Source: Gemmatimonadota bacterium
Lineage (GTDB): Bacteria > Gemmatimonadota > Gemmatimonadetes > Palauibacterales > KS3-K002
DNA length: 64,000 nucleotides
Reading direction: 5' to 3'
Assembly: GCA_039586795.1 (NCBI GenBank)
Contig: JBDHJS010000001.1
Span: 1 to 64,000 of the forward strand
A program made the translations under genes and the position numbers. Shown piece after piece: positions 57,147 to 64,000 of the stretch. The notes under the pieces were generated by a model. It was not told where the DNA came from. It searched no databases and saw nothing but the letters and a program-made list of their open reading frames with translations. Within the stretch, counting starts at the first letter, position 1. Every line of letters begins with the position of its first letter.

Positions 57147-58415
57147 TCAGGCCGCGTCGGTGCCTTCGTGATCGATGGAAGGTGGCTTGCCGTACTCCCT
57201 ACTTCGTAGCGTGAGAACCGTGACCTCGGGAGGCGTGCCGATGCGAAACGGGATTCCCCAGTAGTTGGTGCCCGGGTTGATGTAGAGCAGCGATTCCCCC
57301 TGACGATGGACTCCCATCGACAAAGCCAGGAATGGTGAGGCGGCGTTCCAGTTGCGGCTGGGAATTGCCAGCTGGCCGTAGTGGGTGTGACCGCTGAGCG
57401 TCAGGTCGACTCCGCGAGCGGCGAGTTCCGGCCACAAGGCGGGGTTGTGCGCCAGGGCGAGAACCGGCTCGCCCTTCGGAATACGAGCGAGCGTGCGATC
57501 GATATCGGGCGCCGCATTCCGACCTTCGTGATTCCACGCTCGTCCGGCGGGGTCGCCGGCACCGGCGACCCAGAGCCGGTCGCCGCCGCGCTCAACCGCA
57601 ACGGCCTCGTTCACCAGCACGGTGAAGCCGCCATCCAACAGCCCCTGCCGCACCGGACCCCAACCCGCGTAAACATCGTGGTTGCCCGCGATGGCGAAAA
57701 CGCCGAGCGGAGCATCCAGGTCGCTGAAGGCTTCGTTGAAGTACTCGACATCGCGTGGGAAATCGTCGACCTGGTCGCCGGTGAAGACGATGATGTCGGG
57801 ATGCGCGTTCCGCGCCGCATCCGCGACACGCGTCAGGTAGCGCCGCGACGTGTGCGGACCGACATGTAGGTCGGAAATCTGGACGATACGCAGCCCATCG
57901 AAGTCGTCGGGCAAGTTTGGCAACAAAACATCGAGGTGCCGCACGACCAGTCGTCGTGATCCTAGATAACCGGCCAGCGAAACGATACCCAGCAACGCAC
58001 CGACCGTCGCCAAACCCCAGCGGCCCGCCACGCCTCCTGCTCCGAACCACACACCCACGGCGGCCACCGTCACACCCGCCACGGCAAGCAGCGGCATGAC
58101 CAGCATGGCGTACCAAAACGGCCGGAGCACGAACAATCGAGTGAGCGCGGAGGGATAGGTGGCGCCGCCCAGGCCACGCACCAAGACGAACACCGGTAGG
58201 CCGCCCAGCATTGCTACGCCGGCGACCGTCACCCACCCGCCGGGCAGGACGGGTTGGAGCAACGAACCCACCACCAGCCAGGACCCGCCGAGCCATACCG
58301 CGATGAACGTGAGCACCCGGCGAAGTGGAAACGTCCGCCTTCGCTTCACTTCAGCGCTCTGAGCGCGCTCCGATTCCGGCCGCTGGATCGTGTCCAGCGC
58401 TCTGTCTCCCGTCAC
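57147..58415 (-). CDS. Membrane-anchored metallophosphoesterase (YkuE-like)
   Basis: DLH, GD..D, GNHD, AHNP and GHTH motifs; N-terminal TM helices. Confidence 0.9.
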   Translation of the reverse strand: MTGDRALDTIQRPESERAQSAEVKRRRTFPLRRVLTFIAVWLGGSWLVVGSLLQPVLPGGWVTVAGVAMLGGLPVFVLVRGLGGATYPSALTRLFVLRPFWYAMLVMPLLAVAGVTVAAVGVWFGAGGVAGRWGLATVGALLGIVSLAGYLGSRRLVVRHLDVLLPNLPDDFDGLRIVQISDLHVGPHTSRRYLTRVADAARNAHPDIIVFTGDQVDDFPRDVEYFNEAFSDLDAPLGVFAIAGNHDVYAGWGPVRQGLLDGGFTVLVNEAVAVERGGDRLWVAGAGDPAGRAWNHEGRNAAPDIDRTLARIPKGEPVLALAHNPALWPELAARGVDLTLSGHTHYGQLAIPSRNWNAASPFLALSMGVHRQGESLLYINPGTNYWGIPFRIGTPPEVTVLTLRSREYGKPPSIDHEGTDAA

Positions 58416-60928
58416 CGGGTCGCCCCGCTGATATCGACCTTTCTGAGGCGCGCGCTGTTGCTGACGACGTTGATGGAGCTGAAAGCCATGGCGGCTTCGG
58501 CGATGGCCGGGTGGAGGAAGCCCAGAATCGCGACGGGTATCGCGATCACGTTGTAGAAGTAAGCCCAGAACAGGTTCTGTCGGATCTTGCGGAACGTGGC
58601 CCGAGATAGACGGATCGCTTTCACAACCGCCGACAGATTGCCCTGCACGAGGGTCACGTCTGCGGCCTCGATGGCGATATCGGTGCCGGTGCCGATGGCG
58701 ATACCCACGTTCGCTTGCTTGAGCGCCGGCGCGTCGTTGATGCCATCGCCGACCATAGCGACGTCGCGGCCTTCGCTCTGCAACCGACGCACCTCGTCCA
58801 CCTTCTGATCGGGCAGTACCTCGGCGATCACACGATCGATGCCGACTTCTCGGGCAATGGCGTTCGCGGTGCGTTGATTGTCGCCGGTAAGCATGACGGT
58901 CTCGAGGCCGAAGCGCTTGAGCTCCGCGATGGCTTCCTTCGAGTCGTCTTTCAGCGTATCGGCCACGGCGATCACCCCCGCAAGTCGATCGCCGACCCCA
59001 ACAAACATTGCGGTCTTGGCCTCATCCTCCAGGCGATCCAGTTCCGTGGCCAGCTGATCGAGCGTGATATCGTGTTCCTCCATCAACCGGGCGTTCCCGA
59101 CGACCACGAGCTGCCCCTCGATCGTCGCGACGACGCCGCGACCGACGGCCGCTTCGAACCGTGATGCGCTACTGGCAGTCACACCGCGCTTCAGCGCTTC
59201 AGCCACGATGGCGCTACCCAAAGGATGTTCGGATCCCAGCTCGGCGCCGGCAGCGTACCTGAGCACTTCGTTCGCATCTCGGCCCGCCGCCGGCACGATA
59301 TCGGTCACACCCGGTTCGCCCCTGGTGATAGTGCCTGTCTTGTCGAGGACGATCGTGTCGACCTCTTTGAGAGTTTGGATCGCCGCTCCGCTCCGGAACA
59401 ACACACCGTTCTCGGCGCCCATGCCGGTACCGACCATCAGCGCCGTAGGCGTGGCGAGGCCGAGGGCGCACGGACAGGCGATGACCAACACGGCCACTGC
59501 GGCGAATATCGCCAGCGAAACGCGACTCAAGCTCGGGTCGACCCACGGCAGAAAGCCCGAAGCCCATTCGGCGATCGAAGCGAAGGCGCCGGGGAAGATG
59601 AGCCAGGCGAGGAACGTGGCGGTGGCAACCGCCAGAACCGTCGGAACGAAGACGGCGGTCACACGATCGGCGAACTGCTGTATCGGGACCTTCGTGCCCT
59701 GGGCCTCTTCCACCATGCGGATGACGTTGGCCAGGAAAGTGTCCTCGCCGACGCCGGTGGCCCGGACCCGAAGCAGTCCTTCTTTGTTGATCGTGGCACC
59801 GATGACCCGGTCGCCCTCAGCCTTCTCCACCGGCATCGATTCGCCCGTAGCCAGTGACTCATCGACTGAAGAGTGGCCGCCAATCACTTCGCCGTCGGTG
59901 GGAATCTTCTCGCCGGGCCGCACGATCATCACGTCGCCGACTTCAACCTCTTCGATGGGCACCTCGACCTCGGCACCGTCCCGCTCGACGCGAGCGGTCT
60001 TCGCCTCCAACGACAGCAGCTTCTGAATCGCGGCGGACGTACGACCGCGGGCCCTGGTCTCCACGTAACGGCCGGTGAGGTGGATGGCCATGATCATTCC
60101 ACCGACGCCCGCATAGTTGAGCAGCTTGGGCGCAAAGCCCAGATCGTAAGCGACGGTGACGAAACCAGTGGCGAAGGCGACGGTGGAGCCGATGGCGATG
60201 AGGGTGTCCATCGTCGGCGTGCCGTTCACCAGACTCCGGAAGCCAGCGCGAACTGTGTCCCAGCCCCAAACGAACAGGACCGGTGCGGCGAGGACGATCA
60301 TCCCGATGTCATAGGCGAGCGCGGAGGGCCACATGACACCGAAGAACATGTGGGGGATCATCCAGGCGATGATCGGCGCGGTCAGCACCCAGGCGAAGAC
60401 CATCCGGCGTTGCGCATCATCGACCTTACGCTGGTCTTCCTCGAGACGCTCCCGCTCCCGTGCCAGACGGCGCTCGGCGCCCGCGCGCTCAACAGAAGCC
60501 ACGCCGTAGCCCGCGGCCTCCACCGCGGCACGCATGTCATCGACGCGAACCTGACCGGGGATGTGCGACACGGTCGCCTTGTGAGTCGCGATGTTCACAG
60601 CCGCCGAGTCCACGCCATCCAGTTCGGCCAGAGCCTTCTCTACCGCTGCCGAGCACGAGGCACAGTGCATCCCCTCAACATCGAGAACGACCGTCTGCGG
60701 CTTCGCCTTGACCTCAAAGCCCGCCTTCTCCACGGCACGGCGAAAGTCATCGAGCCCGACCTGGCCGCCGTAGTATTCAACCGTCGCCTTTTCGGTTGCC
60801 AGGTTCACACTCGCCTGCTCCACACCGTCCAGTCCGGCCAGCGCTTTCTCCACCGCCGCGGAACACGACGCGCAGTGCATGCCGCCGATCTCGAGCGTCT
60901 CTTTCTTCAATGTTCGTTGAGCCATCAT
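58412..60928 (-). CDS. copA: Copper-translocating P1B-1 ATPase
   Basis: Two GMHCASC domains, TGES, CPC, DKTGT, GDGIND, YN and M..SS. Confidence 0.95.
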   Translation of the reverse strand: MMAQRTLKKETLEIGGMHCASCSAAVEKALAGLDGVEQASVNLATEKATVEYYGGQVGLDDFRRAVEKAGFEVKAKPQTVVLDVEGMHCASCSAAVEKALAELDGVDSAAVNIATHKATVSHIPGQVRVDDMRAAVEAAGYGVASVERAGAERRLARERERLEEDQRKVDDAQRRMVFAWVLTAPIIAWMIPHMFFGVMWPSALAYDIGMIVLAAPVLFVWGWDTVRAGFRSLVNGTPTMDTLIAIGSTVAFATGFVTVAYDLGFAPKLLNYAGVGGMIMAIHLTGRYVETRARGRTSAAIQKLLSLEAKTARVERDGAEVEVPIEEVEVGDVMIVRPGEKIPTDGEVIGGHSSVDESLATGESMPVEKAEGDRVIGATINKEGLLRVRATGVGEDTFLANVIRMVEEAQGTKVPIQQFADRVTAVFVPTVLAVATATFLAWLIFPGAFASIAEWASGFLPWVDPSLSRVSLAIFAAVAVLVIACPCALGLATPTALMVGTGMGAENGVLFRSGAAIQTLKEVDTIVLDKTGTITRGEPGVTDIVPAAGRDANEVLRYAAGAELGSEHPLGSAIVAEALKRGVTASSASRFEAAVGRGVVATIEGQLVVVGNARLMEEHDITLDQLATELDRLEDEAKTAMFVGVGDRLAGVIAVADTLKDDSKEAIAELKRFGLETVMLTGDNQRTANAIAREVGIDRVIAEVLPDQKVDEVRRLQSEGRDVAMVGDGINDAPALKQANVGIAIGTGTDIAIEAADVTLVQGNLSAVVKAIRLSRATFRKIRQNLFWAYFYNVIAIPVAILGFLHPAIAEAAMAFSSINVVSNSARLRKVDISGATR

Positions 60929-61003
60929 CAGATTCCGCCAAAACAACGGGCGCCGGCCCCGGAATGTTCTCCGGAGCCCACGCCCGAGTCTATTCAGTTC
61001 AGA

Positions 61004-61059
61004 CCGCTTACTGCTTAGCGCTTACCACCCACTACCTACCACCTACCACTCACCACCTA
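61004..61059 (-). repeat. Eight-unit heptamer array starting at the upstream gene's stop codon
   Basis: Minus strand TAGGTGG TGAGTGG TAGGTGG TAGGTAG TGGGTGG TAAGCGC TAAGCAG TAAGCGG. Confidence 0.85.
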
Positions 61060-61713
61060 CCGACCGCCACCGCCCTCTTCGTGGTGCACCCGATGCCGCA
61101 TCCGCATACCCTGCCCATCGCCCTCACCTTCCATATGCATACGCATCTGCCGCATACCCTGACGGCGAAATACCTCGGCGCCTTCCTTCCAAGTCTCGAA
61201 CTTCTGGCGCTGCGCATCGTTCAGCACGCCCAACGTCTGGCGCTCCACGTCGATGAAGCTCTTGGCCTGGGCGGTGCGGAGTCGAGCCAGCTCGTCGATG
61301 GCGCTCTCCATCGCGTCGTAGTCGTCGGCTCTGCGGGCTTCGGCGAGCGCTTCGGCCTGCTTCTGCATCTGCTCGCGCATGCCGGTCATCAGCGCCTGGT
61401 GGCTGGTGTGTACGCCCTCGAGCTGAGTGACCTGCTCCTCGGAGAGCTCGAGATCGTCCTTGAGGCCGATCAGGAAATGCGGGCCGAGGTGCGCCGCTCC
61501 CATGCGGGCGCTGGTCCTCATGTGCCGCATGCCCTGCCGCATACCCCGCATGCTCATCCGGCCCTGTCGGCCCATCTGGCGCATCATGCCGCGGTGAGCG
61601 CGCCGCATCTGCGCCGTGGTATCCTGCTCTGCTTCTTGAGCAGCGCCAACCGCAGGTAGCGCCAGGAGCGCCGCCAACGCGAGTGCTGCTGCTGCTGGGA
61701 ATCGCATATTCAT
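61057..61713 (-). CDS. Spy/CpxP-like periplasmic protein, Met/His-rich
   Basis: Signal peptide; L.LSEEQ and LNDAQR (LTxxQ-type) motifs; Met-rich flanks. Confidence 0.75.
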   Translation of the reverse strand: MNMRFPAAAALALAALLALPAVGAAQEAEQDTTAQMRRAHRGMMRQMGRQGRMSMRGMRQGMRHMRTSARMGAAHLGPHFLIGLKDDLELSEEQVTQLEGVHTSHQALMTGMREQMQKQAEALAEARRADDYDAMESAIDELARLRTAQAKSFIDVERQTLGVLNDAQRQKFETWKEGAEVFRRQGMRQMRMHMEGEGDGQGMRMRHRVHHEEGGGGR

Positions 61714-61804
61714 CTTGCCCAAACCTCCATCAAAGCTGTCGGTGCCGCGTCTACAATACTGACAGCTAACGATCCGAAAACGCTAGCTGACGGTCGGCGC
61801 CCGA

Positions 61805-62107
61805 TCAGCGAACGTAGCGGCCCAACAGGTCGACGATCTCCTGCCTCACCTGCTCCGCCGCCGGACCGCCCTCCATGATGGCGTGGGCGGCGCAGCGATC
61901 CAGGTGGTTCCCCAGCAGTTCGCGCTCCACGGCCCGGAGCGCCGAATGGACGGCGGTGCACTGCTGGAGGATGTCGGGGCAGTATCGCTCTTCGTCCACC
62001 ATGCGCTGAATTCCTTCCACCTGCCCGCGGACTCGGGCAAGACGCTTGAGCAGGTCGCGCTTGGTGTTGTCGGCGATACCCATTGCATGTGAGGGATTCT
62101 CTGTCAT
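61805..62107 (-). CDS. csoR: CsoR-family copper-sensing repressor
   Basis: RL.R..GQ..GI.RM, YC.DIL.Q and HL..C (C-H-C site); RBS GAGGAGG before ATG 62107. Confidence 0.9.
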   Translation of the reverse strand: MTENPSHAMGIADNTKRDLLKRLARVRGQVEGIQRMVDEERYCPDILQQCTAVHSALRAVERELLGNHLDRCAAHAIMEGGPAAEQVRQEIVDLLGRYVR

Positions 62108-62134
62108 CCGGCAGGGCCTCCTCTGTAGAGAGTA

Positions 62135-62179
62135 TATGCTATACTGGGGTATAGTATAAGAAACCCGTCCCGTCTGCAA
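62135..62179 (-). promoter_or_regulatory. csoR promoter and operator
   Basis: TTGCAG-17-TACTAT on minus strand; inverted repeat TATGCTATAC-TGGG-GTATAGTATA (62135-62158) with central G/C tract. Confidence 0.75.
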
Positions 62180-62279
62180 CCCCCTCCCTCCTGCTAGTGC
62201 TCACGCTCGTGACCCTGTTCAACTCTATCACGAGCAGGAGATGAAAAGAGATACGGCCGGCCCCGTGACACGAAGCCGA

Positions 62280-62314
62280 CCGTCTACTGTCTACCCTCTA
62301 CTGTCTACCGTCTA
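62280..62314 (-). repeat. Five-unit heptamer array starting at the upstream gene's stop codon
   Basis: Minus strand TAGACGG TAGACAG TAGAGGG TAGACAG TAGACGG. Confidence 0.85.
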
Positions 62315-63058
62315 CCGCGCCGATCGCTCCCGTAGGTAGTTCGCGATGGCATCCGCCTCACGGTCTGTGAGCGGCGCGATATCCATGGCGTTCATCAAGC
62401 CACGCATCCGGGCAACGATGGCGTCCCACCCGGCGGCGGTGTGTGCGCGCGGCGACGGCGGCGCGTGACAGATGGCGCACCTCTGCATGAAGAGGTCGAG
62501 GCCGGGTCCGTCCGTCAGTTCGCCGGGTTCGGCTTCCGGCAACGCGTTCCTCTGCAGGTAAGAGAGGATCGAGTCGGTCTGCTCCGGCGTCGGGTACTCG
62601 GCCGTCTCGAGTCCAGCCATCACCACGTCGCCGATCAGGCCGGTTGTGAGCGGGCCGCCTAGTCGGTACTCCAGGGTCTGAGCCCGGTAAAGCATGTTGC
62701 GCAGCAAATACGGCCATTCGGTCGCAGTATGCATCTTGGGTGACGGCAGCCAGTGGCACTGGATGCAGTAAACTTGGAGAAGGCCGGCGCCGCGCGAGCC
62801 GGGTTCGGGCAGCTGCTCCGGTGTGTAGTTGATGGGCGGCAGACCGGAACCGACGGACGCGATCAAGCGCCAGCGCGTACCGCGTTCCATGGCGGCGGTG
62901 GCGGTTCCACCGAGCTCGGCGAGCACGCTGTCGACGACGGCGATGTCGACCTCCTGGTTCGCCTGCTCCTGGACGCAGCCGGCCGCCACTACCGTGAAAG
63001 CAAGCGCGGCGAGGACACCACCCAGTCGCGACCACTTCTCCCGGCTCTGTCTGTGCAT
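62312..63058 (-). CDS. Diheme cytochrome c lipoprotein
   Basis: Lipobox AAGC; CIQCH and CAICH each followed by P.P..H...W......M. Confidence 0.85.
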   Translation of the reverse strand: MHRQSREKWSRLGGVLAALAFTVVAAGCVQEQANQEVDIAVVDSVLAELGGTATAAMERGTRWRLIASVGSGLPPINYTPEQLPEPGSRGAGLLQVYCIQCHWLPSPKMHTATEWPYLLRNMLYRAQTLEYRLGGPLTTGLIGDVVMAGLETAEYPTPEQTDSILSYLQRNALPEAEPGELTDGPGLDLFMQRCAICHAPPSPRAHTAAGWDAIVARMRGLMNAMDIAPLTDREADAIANYLRERSAR

Positions 63059-63068
63059 TCTGACTCCC

Positions 63069-63620
63069 TCACGCCTCGTTTCGTCGTTCTCTCAAGCTGG
63101 CGATGCCAGCAACCGTATAGTCTATGATCGCGATGACGGACGCCACGGCGACGACCACCACGAACAGTCCGACCTGATCCGGCGCAAAAAGCAGCACGCC
63201 CAGCGTCACGATCTGCAATACCGTGACCAGCTTGCCGCCGGGTCGGGACCGCGCCACGACATCGACGCCGATCACCTCCGCAACCAGGAATCCCAGCCCC
63301 ACATAGAGGTCGCGGGAGATCAGGATCGCGAATTCCCGCCACCCTAAATAGGGTCCCGGGAGGAATGCCGCCAGAGCGATCAGCACGAACAGCTTGTCGA
63401 ACAGCGGGTCGAGCAGCGCGCCGGTTCGGCTCTCCACGCCCAGCTTCCGGGCGAGCCAGCCGTCGAGAAGATCGGTGACGGCGCTCAGGAACAGCAAGAT
63501 GCCGCGCCAGAGAACCGTGTTGGTCGCGAGGAAGATGAGCGCCAGGGGGAGCCGCAGAGCTGAAATCAGGCTGGGCAACGCAGCCAGCGATGAGCGACGG
63601 GCGCCTGCAGCTGCGTTCAC
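63069..63620 (-). CDS. CDP-alcohol phosphatidyltransferase (PgsA-like)
   Basis: D.LDG.LARK....S..GA.LDP..DK motif. Confidence 0.9.
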   Translation of the reverse strand: MNAAAGARRSSLAALPSLISALRLPLALIFLATNTVLWRGILLFLSAVTDLLDGWLARKLGVESRTGALLDPLFDKLFVLIALAAFLPGPYLGWREFAILISRDLYVGLGFLVAEVIGVDVVARSRPGGKLVTVLQIVTLGVLLFAPDQVGLFVVVVAVASVIAIIDYTVAGIASLRERRNEA

Positions 63621-63774
63621 TGCTCTTCGCCTCCGCCGGACCCGCGGTCAGGTTCCCCTGCCCCGATCATACTCCCTCCTCCGCTCCTCCCTCATTCGCG
63701 ATCGCTGTAGTCCAGTGCCAGAACAATACGCCCCCGTCCGCGCCGCCGCGAGACCCGGCGGTCGTATTTCGCGG

Positions 63775-64000
63775 TTACGCCTGGCGAACCCGTTGAATGA
63801 CGGACCTGAAGGCCGCCGGCTCGTACCCAAAGACCTCGTGAATCGCATTGCCGGCGCCGGGCACGATGCTCTCGTGCATGAGCATCTCCAGCTGGTCCGA
63901 GGTCAGCGGAGTCGGCAGCCGCCAGCTCGAGGCGAGATCGACGAAGGGGCGGACCAGCGATACCGGAACGTGTAGGAACTTCCTGCGCACGCCATACTCC
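63775..64000 (-). CDS. C-terminus of probable NAD(P)-dependent SDR (NDUFA9-like), begins beyond window
   Basis: Frame open to window end; HVP and PLTSDQL.ML pattern recalled from that family. Confidence 0.5.
   Translation of the reverse strand, partial: EYGVRRKFLHVPVSLVRPFVDLASSWRLPTPLTSDQLEMLMHESIVPGAGNAIHEVFGYEPAAFRSVIQRVRQA

Noticed and set aside
61004..62314. Heptamer arrays as CRISPR repeats
   Set aside because: Units are 7 nt and contiguous, without spacers; no cas genes in the window.

Overview
GC-rich, gene-dense bacterial chromosome segment with about 64 CDS. I saw no rRNA, tRNA, CRISPR array or classical transposase. The many small outer-membrane beta-barrels, Hanks-type Ser/Thr kinases and BNR proteins suggest Gemmatimonadota (inference only). 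Content: housekeeping genes (udg, nfo, mobA-moeA, etfBA, ECF sigma/anti-sigma), a TonB receptor, a Co/Ni ECF transporter, a divergent respiratory island (two ~8-heme cytochrome-TPR paralogues, a diheme cytochrome c, cytochrome b and Rieske protein), a corrinoid methyl-transfer operon, an ars operon and a CsoR-CopA copper operon. Two signals are missed by the ORF track. (1) The last gene of the corrinoid operon appears to be a selenoprotein: an ArsM-like SAM methyltransferase with an in-frame UGA at the conserved WxGCIAGA cysteine, followed by a SECIS-like hairpin, facing the ars operon. (2) A four-helix-bundle (23S rRNA IVS/Avd-like) gene is enclosed by ~95-bp inverted repeats with one-strand G.U-biased differences, outside any rRNA. 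It is accompanied by several intergenic heptamer arrays and hairpins and by local G>C skew in flanking gene ends. Counts and alignments were done by eye and should be recomputed.
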